From: a virus
Taxonomy: Duplodnaviria; Caudoviricetes
Direction: 5' to 3' (one strand)
IMG/VR virus record: IMGVR_UViG_3300033489_000037
Span: 1 to 34,116 of that record
DNA length: 34,116 nt
A program made the translations under genes and the position numbers. Each line of letters begins with the position of its first letter. Position 1 is the first letter of the stretch. This document shows positions 16,901 through 26,264 of this stretch, piece after piece. The notes beneath the pieces were generated by a model. The model was given only the letters and a program-made list of their open reading frames with translations. It did no database searches and was not told the DNA's origin.

Positions 16901-19900
16901 AAACGCCTTATTATATCTGACTGGTTTGAGCAGTTCTACATTATCAGGTAAATTAGGAATATGAGATCTACCAGTAGTAACCTCTGATCTATCAACTGCA
17001 TAAACAAACGCCTCTCCTTGCTCTCCAGTTGTAGAGTACCGCATAGCATAATCTATTGCCTCATCAATGTCAGTCGTAAGATACCCAGCCTCAAGCATAT
17101 CCCCTTCAAGCTCAGGGCCACCGTGGTATAGAAACTTCTTACTAGAATTGGCCTTTGCATACTGCTCAATCTCATTTAGTACTTGCTTTTCCTGCCAATC
17201 CCGAGTCCACTTAACAGTACCACTTGGAGGAGTTGCAGCTATAGATTTCAAGTGGGCTTCTAACTTGCTTATAGAGTCCCTCATAGACACTCTAGCAGCT
17301 TCGGCATCAGCCTTACCTTGCTTCCAGATTCCTTTAAGCTTACTCACCTTGCCCATCAACATAGCTACATTAGCCTCGTCTGCAGTGCCAGATATTATCT
17401 TGATTAGAGTATTAGACTCAACCTCAACTAGCTCGTAGAAGTTCATCAATAGGCCTGCATACTGGCGGGAGTTCTCTATTGGGGCAGTTATCAGGCCATT
17501 GACTAAGTCAGGGAAGATGTTGGACACTTGCTTATAGGAAGTTTTGACCTCAGCGTTAAAGTTCTTAGCCATGTTAGCAATAAAGTCATCCAGGCTAGCT
17601 GCACTAGTGAGCACAGTGCCACTGTCTACTGCATCTCTCATACTAGCTACAGTCTCAGGGCCAAGTGAGCTAGAGTGGTTGTCTATTATCCTATGCTGAG
17701 TCGCCTTAGTTATATTGCTGACATTGAGCCAGTCTTTCATCTTGAGGACATTCTTGTAGTCGCCAGTAAGGTAAGCAATAGTTGTATCATTGACTAGCTT
17801 CTCAGAGTCAAAGCCTGCAGACTTAGGAATAGTAGGAACCCTAGCCCTAATCACCTTCTTCATCTCTCCAACTACATCTACCCCAATCTTATCTATCACT
17901 GTCTGACTCTGGAGCATCTCAATCAAGTTCTTCTTCTGCATCTCTATAACTGCATTCCACCTCAGTGCAGTACCAGCCTTGTCTTGGGCATCTAGGAAGG
18001 CCTGGCCAAACCAGTAGAGTGGATTGCCTCGTTGAGGAAGGAATGAGACTTCACGTCTACCCACTCCACCTAGTATTCCACTCACCTCACCTGCCCTGGC
18101 TGCTCTATCAACTGCTGCATTGATGAGTCTAATATCATTGCCTCTGAGTCCTTGAGTAGCCAACATATAACGGAAGCTAGTACCCCAACCTGGCCTGATA
18201 CCCTCTAACATAGAGGATATAGCAGGCTCAATAATGTTACCAAACATCACTGCTGGAGTTGCAATATAGGCAGATACTAAAGGTCTGTTGTAGAATCGAT
18301 CTATCACAGTCCTCCATTTGGACATATCTAACTTATCCACTGCTGACAGGATGCCTGCTACTATACCAGTCTGTTGCTTAGTGATAGCGTAGGCAGAGTG
18401 GGAGTAGAGAGATTGGATTCGAGTCTGTTGGGCAGTGGCAGCATTCCACAGACGTCTAGTTGCACCAAACCCTTCTTCTTTGGCGAGTCTGGCCAACCGT
18501 GCAATTCGCCTAGCTCCTATGTTGCCTGACCAGTCAGTGAGGTACTTACTAACAACAGTCAGCATTTCAGGAGTATTGTCTAGACCCAAATGTTGGATAA
18601 GTCTGACTGCTGCATCATCTGTGCTTATTATCCTCTCAGCTACTTCCCTCATAGTGTCGTTGACTAACTCTATCATGTCAGTCGCTACTTCAGTTGGAAT
18701 CTTCTTCTTAAACAACGCCCCCAGTATCTGTATGGCCTTAGAGTCCAGTGGGGTGAATGCACTGAAGTACCTACCCTCTGAGATTAGGATGTCTTCAGTC
18801 TTAGTTGCCGCCGCTCCAATAGGAGTGGACATGAACTTCTTATGGGCAGCTACAAAGGACTCATGGAGTTGGGTAGGAGTAATTGCATTGAATGGTAGGC
18901 CAGTATGAACAGATGCACCCTCAAACGTAAGTGCACGGAAGTTCTCTCCATCCCTCTGGGCGGCTAGTCTAAGTGTAGTACTAATCTTAGACATGCCAGT
19001 CTTAATCATATCAAAGGGAATGTTGTTGACCCTCCACATCCACTTATTAGATGCTAATAGTGCCTCTCCACCCATTCGGAGCACTCCACCCTTTGCTCCA
19101 GCAGACAACATTATCTTACCTGGGATAGATAGCCCCCAGCCAGGGAAGAAGGTTAGAGGGTCAGTTACTATACCTAATACTAACTTGGCAGCAAAGTTGG
19201 CTGCATTGTTGCCAAACAGCTCTTCCTGCTCCCAGGCAGTGCCTAATGCCACCCAAGGATTCTCACCTCTAGCCTTAGCAGCCTCCCAGTTCTTCTCCAT
19301 ACCTTGAGTTCCTCTCATTAGCTGGTGAGCAGTAAGGACTGCTAGGCCAGTAAGGGGATTACCCACATACTTCATGTACACTCCAACTACTTTACTGAGT
19401 TCTTGTATGGGAGAAGTTAGAGCGTTCTTGATATTGTCCAAAGTAGACTTAGGAGTAATCTGCCAGTCTCTTATGCCTGCCATTACTTCTGCAATCTGTT
19501 GCTCCTGCTCCTTAGCTGCATCACGGATAGGCTTGGCTAAGTCATAGAAGTCCTGATACCCCTGCAGTGCTGTCTCATCAACATTCATATCTTTTGCTAT
19601 ACTAAGAACTTCCTCCATAGAAGGCATTGCTGGAGGTTTGGGAAGCTCGCCTGCATAACCGGTTGTAAGGAGCTTGACTATCTCCTCTACAGTAATCGCA
19701 TGAGGAAGTTGAGGAATGACTTTGGGCTTGAGTCCACCAGCCAGGTACTCACTGACCAACTTCTGCTTCTCCTCCAACGGCATGCCTGACCAGTCTAATC
19801 CATTATCCTCAGCTACATCTGCCATTAGAGCATCACTGGGAGCCTGGTTGGCTGTGATGTTCTCAATGGCCCCTCTCATCTCAGCCATATCGGCAGAAGT

Positions 19901-20386
19901 TATGAATGACTTGGTAGGGTCAACTCCATCAACCTTGATGTAATCTTCTACAGAGGTAACTTTGACTGCATTGGAGGTCATGTATCCCTCAATGGTAGAA
20001 TAGAACCTAGCCATGTAACTTGAACTAAACCCCTTCTGTGCAGCCACTTCAGCTTGAACAGCCAGCCTATTGGCCTCCTCAACAGTCTTTTCTGGCTGCT
20101 CTCTAGTCTTTCGGAATGTATAGGGGTTCAAGTTCTTGATGATACTAACTACCTTCCCAATGACTGGAGGGCCAGACTTATCCTCTGTTAGCTCAGTTCT
20201 TTGCTTCTCCAATAGACTAGCTTGGTTGAAGTAATCCTCAGACCTCTTGTTCCACACATCGAGACCTAACTGGGTAGACTTGTACACAGTAGGTATAGGT
20301 TCAGTGCGAGGAGGCAGCTTATTCAATGTAAGGAGTGCTCCAGTTATTGGAGGCCTAGTAGGTTTACGAGTAGTTGGATTTTGCAT
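13934..20386 (-). CDS. Giant internal virion (ejection) protein, polyvalent type, with ART-like and GNAT domains
   Basis: 2150 aa, mostly helical, located after the portal. Motifs DPLTF, FADY...IFPFWQY, LYHGG...GYLTT..EA..YA and QTRKGLGTELY. Confidence 0.75.
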   Translation of the reverse strand: MQNPTTRKPTRPPITGALLTLNKLPPRTEPIPTVYKSTQLGLDVWNKRSEDYFNQASLLEKQRTELTEDKSGPPVIGKVVSIIKNLNPYTFRKTREQPEKTVEEANRLAVQAEVAAQKGFSSSYMARFYSTIEGYMTSNAVKVTSVEDYIKVDGVDPTKSFITSADMAEMRGAIENITANQAPSDALMADVAEDNGLDWSGMPLEEKQKLVSEYLAGGLKPKVIPQLPHAITVEEIVKLLTTGYAGELPKPPAMPSMEEVLSIAKDMNVDETALQGYQDFYDLAKPIRDAAKEQEQQIAEVMAGIRDWQITPKSTLDNIKNALTSPIQELSKVVGVYMKYVGNPLTGLAVLTAHQLMRGTQGMEKNWEAAKARGENPWVALGTAWEQEELFGNNAANFAAKLVLGIVTDPLTFFPGWGLSIPGKIMLSAGAKGGVLRMGGEALLASNKWMWRVNNIPFDMIKTGMSKISTTLRLAAQRDGENFRALTFEGASVHTGLPFNAITPTQLHESFVAAHKKFMSTPIGAAATKTEDILISEGRYFSAFTPLDSKAIQILGALFKKKIPTEVATDMIELVNDTMREVAERIISTDDAAVRLIQHLGLDNTPEMLTVVSKYLTDWSGNIGARRIARLARLAKEEGFGATRRLWNAATAQQTRIQSLYSHSAYAITKQQTGIVAGILSAVDKLDMSKWRTVIDRFYNRPLVSAYIATPAVMFGNIIEPAISSMLEGIRPGWGTSFRYMLATQGLRGNDIRLINAAVDRAARAGEVSGILGGVGRREVSFLPQRGNPLYWFGQAFLDAQDKAGTALRWNAVIEMQKKNLIEMLQSQTVIDKIGVDVVGEMKKVIRARVPTIPKSAGFDSEKLVNDTTIAYLTGDYKNVLKMKDWLNVSNITKATQHRIIDNHSSSLGPETVASMRDAVDSGTVLTSAASLDDFIANMAKNFNAEVKTSYKQVSNIFPDLVNGLITAPIENSRQYAGLLMNFYELVEVESNTLIKIISGTADEANVAMLMGKVSKLKGIWKQGKADAEAARVSMRDSISKLEAHLKSIAATPPSGTVKWTRDWQEKQVLNEIEQYAKANSSKKFLYHGGPELEGDMLEAGYLTTDIDEAIDYAMRYSTTGEQGEAFVYAVDRSEVTTGRSHIPNLPDNVELLKPVRYNKAFDVSKEYSLAKEGILKPDQRDSVELLLSRTQTRLSAADSYWVDHWSRVERTWAEANALPQTERGAVWQRYAAEELESRIAYVEQDAVLGAESYLTKVDTARTLTKLPEPSLSDVRATGRELNAQDIAQILGGDIQSLYNSIANVAALQSKPHFTQMIMKQVNARPTLYTDITEDKVRRAYDFLVQNMGLDPELDIVLGKGLAEINAVKQRFTTLRINRTMTKAKEQKLHEYIDRVAESAKKTFGKVAGKPKQVLNLKEEVLPSGDIVLRDYDASGKATGNFIQYKLTGNNMKITGVSVWEDQTRKGLGTELYLEALSRAKANGWTVSVDLATDEGAALVRSLRDRGIIKTSKEPVKMAEDVLITDISILEAVAPKITTYQSIRQEAFDQTMRTYYQMFADYTNRSIFSQVGRMIFPFWQYEAFRLFWLSRTAVRHPATVTAWDRYYESTDQGRFNIPSVDLALNLVAGTVVGPLVTLSRRDYPNYYDSLGWVGNAIDSAARLSFFPNPAIMTIAYMSPAFTGHKMELGSILPSFHEVGLELLVASRVPGVSDLAKKLRDTVFHENFRDYYKARIIDDYFIETEGAAGATGGEIWEKIAQGIALSDEDKSLWDMAEEKVALYTTLRSMFSFVTYRSGDRDELIDTINQIYIKYGFTPELIQECEDKGVRLSDLMGGESMAVRQAFDQLEEWKKRVVRGGSTMLLPPEVQDFVLNYQQYWDDVDAAVQQRLANELDIESRFLYPTKTNKPLDTKGFKGEYSSNWDTYNSSIDFLNTQDERYSGVDFQALLDPIKGPELYYQKTGYAAPQVGPMEQLRNLYFSIELEEKPNDMGELEPDYVGFAKKRQAIVDACPPELRDDFVSWVHKNSTPLELLRDKISDTYFDGYYAISRIVKATYDEDTQLLIDEFYSSRVTLERKDEIRDEIDPTTGNKLISSYESKVTNVRVRARKDSPVLDFWLYVFGITTAPQSDSAKSLIGKFDADRTIIFRL

Positions 20387-20413
20387 ATTATTCTCCTACA
20401 ATTCCCTTTACGT

Positions 20414-20563
20414 TCAATTAGTGCGCCACCATACGCTTGATTTACCCACCCAAAAAATGTTGGCTGTGTTCCGGGATTCGTGGACATATACGTGCCCAGC
20501 CAGCCCAATCGTAGTCCCTTTGGGGGCATTCGAAGCTATTTTTTGGTGTATTATGTAAATCAT
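20414..20563 (-). CDS. Possible small ORF (49 aa, MIYIIHQKIASNAPKG...)
   Basis: Translated by hand. It fills the gap between the portal and the giant ORF. Confidence 0.35.
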   Translation of the reverse strand: MIYIIHQKIASNAPKGTTIGLAGHVYVHESRNTANIFWVGKSSVWWRTN

Positions 20564-20565
20564 TC

Positions 20566-22185
20566 CTATGCTCCAGGCTGAACTTGCGGCTGAGCTTGTT
20601 GCTGTCCTTGCTCTTCCTGCAGTGTAAGTGTAGCCTCAACCATATCTGCTGCCTTAGCAAATAGAGCAGAGCCAACAGCATCCTTGGCCTCACCTAGTAG
20701 TTTGGACTGTTCCCTAAGTGCCTGGATGAGAGCAATCTGAGCATACACTGGATTACGTTCGGCATCCTCAGCCCTTACCATTGCAATCTCCCTAAGTGGG
20801 TTCTTGACCTCAGGGAAGACCTCATCATAGATTCTAATGACAGGTAGTTTGAAGTCTGGGTTCAACATCCTGGCCACAGTAGCTCTGTTGCTCATGTCAC
20901 CAGGGATTCTGACTTCGTAGTCAGTGGTGACTCTATAGTTGTCAGGTATCTCCTTTGGCCACTTGAAGTCATAAGGCCTCAAACTGCTATCCTTCATCTG
21001 CTGCACCCAGAAGTTATCGATGTCAGATAGGCAGTTAATAATCCCCTCATGGTATGCACTTGCCATCATTGCAGTTAGGCTAGACACCTGGCTCATAACA
21101 AAGGAACTCATCTGAGCTTGGACTGCTCCAAACATTGCAGCAGGAGCACCACCTCGTTCCTTCATTGCTTCCATGTCTAACAGTGCACCTCTCAGTTCCA
21201 GCGGGATTATAGGAGGAGACACAAATCCGACCGAGTCCTCAGGACCACCCCTCCATATTACACCACGCTTGGTGAGGTCAGCAGGCTTGACTATAGGAAC
21301 ACTGCTCCTAGACTTCTCCAATATCTTGGGTTGGGCAGTGTCCCTGAGTATTTGCATCTGGAAAGTCCACCACTTGTTCCAGTAGCGGTAGATTTTGGAG
21401 TTGGTGGCAATAGAAGGTTGGCCGATCTCCTCTGCCCAGTTAGCAGATAAGTAGCCAGTGTCAGGCAGACCACCAGTGGGGGAGACAAAGATAGGGATAC
21501 GTCTCATAGTTGTCTCTAGCGTGGGGGACTTGACTATAGTTGTACCTAGCACTACCGCATTGTAGACGTCCCAACCATTGCCGTCAGATCTAGGAGTATC
21601 CAGCCACCAGTAGTCATAGAGTTTCTGACTACCCCTTACATCTGCCTTCCACTGATTCCTCAGCAGCATCCTCTTAGCTGAGGTCTCAGATAGAGTGTCC
21701 AGGTGAGCACACTCAACTAAGTCATCGTCAAAGTAAGGGTAGACAGTAGAAGGATTCCAGATTTCAGCCATACACCTCTTGCCATCTGGAGTAATGGTAG
21801 AGAACACACTGTACCAGCCTGTTGCTATAAGTAGGCCAATAAAGTCTCTCATAAAGCTCTGCTTACCCCTGCGTCTGTAGCCTTCATAGATGTCATTCCA
21901 GGCAGTAGTGAAGAATCCCTCAACCTGCGTGCTGGCTTGCATAATGGACTTGTCCAGCTCCTCAGCCTTAATGCGATGAGGAATCTTCTGGTTAAGCATA
22001 TGAACTACTAGATTATATGCTGACCTGGGATCGTTTCCAACAAAGGACTCCATGTTCTCCTGCTCAAATTCATCAAACATCTGGACTTGTTTGTAGTACT
22101 CTTTAATCTTGGAGTCTCTCTTGTCCCAGATTTTCTTCAGGTCACCGCATTTTACTATTAAACTGCTTGCAGTCAAGTTATCCAT
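20566..22185 (-). CDS. Portal protein (head-tail connector)
   Basis: 539 aa downstream of TerL, with a helical N-terminus, typical podovirus portal size and layout, and a Q-rich tail. Confidence 0.85.
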   Translation of the reverse strand: MDNLTASSLIVKCGDLKKIWDKRDSKIKEYYKQVQMFDEFEQENMESFVGNDPRSAYNLVVHMLNQKIPHRIKAEELDKSIMQASTQVEGFFTTAWNDIYEGYRRRGKQSFMRDFIGLLIATGWYSVFSTITPDGKRCMAEIWNPSTVYPYFDDDLVECAHLDTLSETSAKRMLLRNQWKADVRGSQKLYDYWWLDTPRSDGNGWDVYNAVVLGTTIVKSPTLETTMRRIPIFVSPTGGLPDTGYLSANWAEEIGQPSIATNSKIYRYWNKWWTFQMQILRDTAQPKILEKSRSSVPIVKPADLTKRGVIWRGGPEDSVGFVSPPIIPLELRGALLDMEAMKERGGAPAAMFGAVQAQMSSFVMSQVSSLTAMMASAYHEGIINCLSDIDNFWVQQMKDSSLRPYDFKWPKEIPDNYRVTTDYEVRIPGDMSNRATVARMLNPDFKLPVIRIYDEVFPEVKNPLREIAMVRAEDAERNPVYAQIALIQALREQSKLLGEAKDAVGSALFAKAADMVEATLTLQEEQGQQQAQPQVQPGA

Positions 22186-22195
22186 TAGATTCCTC

Positions 22196-22309
22196 CTACT
22201 TTATCCCACGCTTTCTACGCTCTCTACGATTCATAGGAACTTCCTTAACCACCTTACCAAATCTGTCCACAAATCTAACTATCTTTGTTGGCGAAGGTGT
22301 AAACTTCAT
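22196..22309 (-). CDS. Small basic protein (37 aa, ends MNRRERRKRGIK)
   Basis: Translated by hand. RBS GGGG, exactly fills the TerL-portal gap. Confidence 0.6.
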   Translation of the reverse strand: MKFTPSPTKIVRFVDRFGKVVKEVPMNRRERRKRGIK

Positions 22310-22318
22310 TTTGTCCCC

Positions 22319-23974
22319 CTATCTTATCCTACCCCAGCCTTCTCCCCAACCGTAGGTGCCTACTACACCTCTAACTGTTGGCATTGAGTGTCTGCACACA
22401 ATAGCAATACAGGCAGAGTCGTGGTAGTCATCGCTGCCAATACTCACTGCCCTATCTCTTCCCTTAGCATCCTTCTGCCACCTGATATTCCTGCACTGGC
22501 TGACTAGTCTAATGTCATGGGTAGTTATCTTGCTCATATATCTACCCAATTCAGTTATCATAAATGGCTTAGTAGAGTTGTTAGTCTGCCAGCCAATAAG
22601 TTTACCAACCTTGCCAGTTATAGGGTCAGTTCGGTAGTATAGGTTGCCATACTTTGCTACGTGGGAGGTAAACCCCAGTGCATCCTCATTAGCAATCATG
22701 GCACCGTTATACCACTTAGCTAGAGGTACGCACTTCTCAGCCATCTCATCTTGAGCATAGTAGCCAGACAGTGTTGCACAGTGGATAGCTTCTTTGAGTT
22801 CATCAGCCTCCCATAAGAACTTCCACACAGTTGCTACTGACTCTGACTGCTTACCCTCACCAGGGTCTATGGCTACTAAGTACACCTGGCCATTCTCGGG
22901 CGGATACCAGATGTCTGCAAATAAATTATGAACTGATGCAGGGTAGCAATTCTTTGCCATGTCAGAGATCAGCTCTGCATCATAGACCATGTCGCCAGCA
23001 GCAAGGAAGCAGTTAACATCATCCTCTGGGTACTCCTGCCCAAATAATAGTCTAGACTCTCCACTCCTTTTAATGCTAGACATCTCCGCCTGCTTGTATC
23101 TCCTCCACCTCAACTTATCGATCATCTCCTGCTTAGTGAACTCATACTGTTGCCACTGTTTGAGGAGATTAGTTTCCTCAGGCAGCAGGGTTGCCTCTAA
23201 TGTTAAGGACTCGTCACCAGGGAGAACAAACTGGGAATCAGCAGACATCATATACTCTGGGTGTTCCCACCAGGGGTAGAAGTGATGTTTGAAGACAGAC
23301 TTCCCAATATCCTTGCCTTCCTTAGCCGCCATGTACATCTCGTGGAACTCATTGTCCTCGCCGTTAGGGGTAGAGCAGATTCTAATTTTAGTGTTGGGCA
23401 GTAGTGGGACACGCTGGAGTGCAGAGGCAGCAAATTTTTCATCCTCGCCAGGAGGCCAGAAGGCATACTCGTCAGCAAGTAGATTATGTATAGCCTCCCC
23501 CCGACCGTAGTCGAAGCTCTTGGCAGAGGCAATGTAGAAGCTACTATACCCCTCTATCTTGTTATTCTTGGGGTTCCTGAACTCAAACACTTTCTCATAT
23601 GTGGACTTATGTTGGAGTCCAGGCAGACCAGGTACAGTGTTGTTGAGTCCATTGTAGAATCCCTGGGCCTTCCTGAGCAGTCTACCTGTAATGAACTCAT
23701 CATAACTAATAATGATTGAGACTGTATCTGGGATAGTTACACAGTCAAGGAGAAAGTCACAGATGAATAGACTTGACGCTCCGATCTGGGCAGGCTTGAC
23801 ATAGATGTCTCTGTTAGTGCTAGAACTAATCATGTTACGCTGGATGGGATTGAGAACAAAGGGAACTGTCATCCTCTCCTTGTTCCCAATCTTAACTAGA
23901 GTCTCAATCATTAAGACTCTGTCGTTAAGCAGTAAATGTATTGCTTCTTGCTGGTTCACTAGCTGTTCCTTCAA
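22319..23974 (-). CDS. terL: Terminase large subunit
   Basis: FVLNPIQ adenine motif, deviant Walker A KPAQIGAS, Walker B LLADEYAF, CSTPNG, QEYP, nuclease VAIDPGEG and DDYHDS. The start may be the GTG at 23959. Confidence 0.93.
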   Translation of the reverse strand: MKEQLVNQQEAIHLLLNDRVLMIETLVKIGNKERMTVPFVLNPIQRNMISSSTNRDIYVKPAQIGASSLFICDFLLDCVTIPDTVSIIISYDEFITGRLLRKAQGFYNGLNNTVPGLPGLQHKSTYEKVFEFRNPKNNKIEGYSSFYIASAKSFDYGRGEAIHNLLADEYAFWPPGEDEKFAASALQRVPLLPNTKIRICSTPNGEDNEFHEMYMAAKEGKDIGKSVFKHHFYPWWEHPEYMMSADSQFVLPGDESLTLEATLLPEETNLLKQWQQYEFTKQEMIDKLRWRRYKQAEMSSIKRSGESRLLFGQEYPEDDVNCFLAAGDMVYDAELISDMAKNCYPASVHNLFADIWYPPENGQVYLVAIDPGEGKQSESVATVWKFLWEADELKEAIHCATLSGYYAQDEMAEKCVPLAKWYNGAMIANEDALGFTSHVAKYGNLYYRTDPITGKVGKLIGWQTNNSTKPFMITELGRYMSKITTHDIRLVSQCRNIRWQKDAKGRDRAVSIGSDDYHDSACIAIVCRHSMPTVRGVVGTYGWGEGWGRIR

Positions 23975-24239
23975 GTTTAACTACGCCTGTATTAGACCCT
24001 GCAGTTTGGTTTACAACAGTTTCGGCGGGAAAGAGATATTCTGGTACAAAGTGGATGCACACAAAGTCTGGAAACAGTGCTATTACTTCGTCCATAACCT
24101 CCACAGAGACCCTCTTGCCCTCATAACTAATATATACTTGAGGGTATGGGGACTCAGGGCGAGTTAGCTTTACTCGTCTCTTCTGCTTCCTGAATATGCG
24201 CTCTACTTGGAATACTTTGTTGTCTACACTCCAGCCCAT
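23925..24239 (-). CDS. Hypothetical protein
   Basis: RBS AAGGAGGT, overlaps the TerL start. Confidence 0.65.
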   Translation of the reverse strand: MGWSVDNKVFQVERIFRKQKRRVKLTRPESPYPQVYISYEGKRVSVEVMDEVIALFPDFVCIHFVPEYLFPAETVVNQTAGSNTGVVKLEGTASEPARSNTFTA

Positions 24240-24247
24240 GCTACCTC

Positions 24248-25564
24248 CTATACTGCCACTCCGTTCACTTTTGCTATGCTCGCTACTGCAACACCATTCA
24301 TCTTAGCAAAGGCAGCTACAGCAACTCCGTTGACTTTGGCGATGTTAGCCCATCCAGAAACTGTATACTCCACCACCAGCTTGGGGCAGAGGGTGGTGTC
24401 AGTAGAATATTCTTTACTATAGAAGGCTGCGGTCGCGGCTACTGCATCACTGGCAAAATGGAGACGCAACGATAACACATTACCTCGGTTAGCTATTGCA
24501 TCATCTGAAGCACTTAGGACATCCCAACTCATCCATCCATAACTTCCTGGCACAGGGGAAGATGCCGTGATACTTATATCTATGTCAGTAGAAGTACTTC
24601 CGGCACCAGTGGTTCCCCAGTTGCTACCAGTTTTATAGATATTCCAAGTAGCTTGTGCTTCAACCCAAGCATCAGCCCCTATTCGTCTACACCGATAAGC
24701 CGTAACGTATATTCCTGTAGCTAAGGTGCCTAAATAGTAATAGAGTTGCATGCTGGAAGAGGTAAGGTCAAAACCCGCCACGGAGCTAACATCAAAATCA
24801 ATAAGTATTCTGCGCCAATAAATGGGATAAGTATATAGTTCTAGAGATGTAGAACTTCCGTAATTAGTAGTGGCTGCATTTTCTCGTATGTACGTATCTT
24901 TACTACTTGGTTGTATTGTCACGGGAGAAGGGTCAATTCTAATAGGATATTGGGCAGTCTTAGTTTCTCCCATAAAATCTGTATATTGCAGATCTTTGGT
25001 CTGTATGGTTTCGGTTGTTTTGCCAGCAGTAAGACTCTTGGTAACTGTCAGTGGTATTCTGTCTGCATCTTCTGCGCTATACCCAACTTCCCAATCTCCT
25101 TTAATGTCAAACTGGGCATCCAGTGTGGCTTTATCTGATTTGAGTACACGGGTATACTTCACTGTCTCAGGTGTTGCTTCAATCTCTAAATCCGTATCAA
25201 GGGCAAAGTCTTTGATTGTAGCTTTGTTGCCTATAAAAGTGAACGTGGATTCGGTATTAACAGATGTCTTACCAACCTTCTCAAGGGCAATTATAGCTAC
25301 CTTACCAGTCTGCTTATCGGTGACTGTAAGGGTAAGGCCGTTCAGTTTGGCATAGTATAGAGCTTTGGTTATCTTGCCATTCTGCCATGTGAGGTCAATA
25401 TCCTTCCACAGTTCAGTCTTATCGGTATAGTTATCTTTGTAGTGGACAGGAATAGAATAGATTTCAGCACGATACTTGCCATTACCCAAGTCAAAATGCT
25501 TCGAGTTGGCAGTACGTTTAGAGATTATATCCCCATTGGTGACAGGTTGAATAGTTATCGACAC
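24248..25564 (-). CDS. DNRLRE (CBM96-like) domain virion protein
   Basis: Motifs DTYIRENAATTNYG, RILIDFDVS, WVEAQATWN, WMSWDV, FYSKE...PKLVVEY. The N-terminus RTANSKHF...PVHY resembles that of Rhs/WapA-type proteins. Confidence 0.8.
   Translation of the reverse strand: MSITIQPVTNGDIISKRTANSKHFDLGNGKYRAEIYSIPVHYKDNYTDKTELWKDIDLTWQNGKITKALYYAKLNGLTLTVTDKQTGKVAIIALEKVGKTSVNTESTFTFIGNKATIKDFALDTDLEIEATPETVKYTRVLKSDKATLDAQFDIKGDWEVGYSAEDADRIPLTVTKSLTAGKTTETIQTKDLQYTDFMGETKTAQYPIRIDPSPVTIQPSSKDTYIRENAATTNYGSSTSLELYTYPIYWRRILIDFDVSSVAGFDLTSSSMQLYYYLGTLATGIYVTAYRCRRIGADAWVEAQATWNIYKTGSNWGTTGAGSTSTDIDISITASSPVPGSYGWMSWDVLSASDDAIANRGNVLSLRLHFASDAVAATAAFYSKEYSTDTTLCPKLVVEYTVSGWANIAKVNGVAVAAFAKMNGVAVASIAKVNGVAV
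24251..24345 (-). repeat. Three 33-bp (11-aa) AK(V/M)NGVAV repeats at the C-terminus
   Basis: IAKVNGVAVAAFAKMNGVAVASIAKVNGVAV. Confidence 0.85.
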
Positions 25565-26067
25565 TATGCTAGCTCCAAGTAAGTATTATCTGGGCAGAAG
25601 AATAACTCATCAGCAGTATTTGCATAACCAACAATTCTAACTACAAAGTTAGTTGTACCAGTTGGTGCAGTTGAGGTCAACAATCCTGCAGTTGCTGCAC
25701 TGATAAACACTGGCGCAGAGATGGTGAATGAGGGAAACTTAGCAGCAGCGTTTATCTTGCCCCAGAGCAGAATCGTAGTGGCATCGTTGTCATTGCCTGC
25801 TACTAGACAGATTCCTATCTTTACCGCTCCAGAAGTCGCAGTAACATCTGCTTTGGCTAGATACCATTGGCTATCCGCTGCCTTCAAGTATACAACTTCA
25901 CCAAACGCAACTGTCTCACCCAATGTTCCTGCTTCTGCTATTCCACAGTAGTGACCATCACCACTTATTGCAGCATCTAGCTTAAGTGGGTCGTCCTCTA
26001 CCATCTGCTTAGGCAGCCTTAGGAGTACATCACTATCGTAGGCTATCTTTTTCCAGGTTATCGCCAT
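25564..26067 (-). CDS. Putative capsid fibre/decoration protein (DUF2190-like)
   Basis: Motifs GETVAFGEVVYL..WYLAKAD, GICL, PVFISAATAGLLTSTAP, VRIVGYA. Confidence 0.7.
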   Translation of the reverse strand: MAITWKKIAYDSDVLLRLPKQMVEDDPLKLDAAISGDGHYCGIAEAGTLGETVAFGEVVYLKAADSQWYLAKADVTATSGAVKIGICLVAGNDNDATTILLWGKINAAAKFPSFTISAPVFISAATAGLLTSTAPTGTTNFVVRIVGYANTADELFFCPDNTYLELA

Positions 26068-26257
26068 GTCTCACCCTCTCGGCTATACTTGCTATAGGAT
26101 TTCCCATTACTGATAGCTCAAAAGCTCTCTCAAGCCTTAGAGCTATCAGTCTGAGAACTATAATAACTTCCACTATGCTACAGTCAGTCTGGTCAACCAT
26201 AGCAATGATAGAGTTATTCAACTCTCCCATATTAGAGGGGTTAGTTATCTCTTGCAT
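26033..26257 (-). CDS. Small helical hypothetical protein
   Basis: 74-aa ORF with RBS AGGTGA. Confidence 0.6.
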   Translation of the reverse strand: MQEITNPSNMGELNNSIIAMVDQTDCSIVEVIIVLRLIALRLERAFELSVMGNPIASIAERVRHGDNLEKDSLR

Positions 26258-26264
26258 ACATCAC

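Noticed and set aside
13934-20386. Tape measure protein or virion RNA polymerase
   Set aside because: It lies between portal and scaffold, with no tail assembly chaperones, no TMP-type periodic repeats and no recognised RNAP motif.
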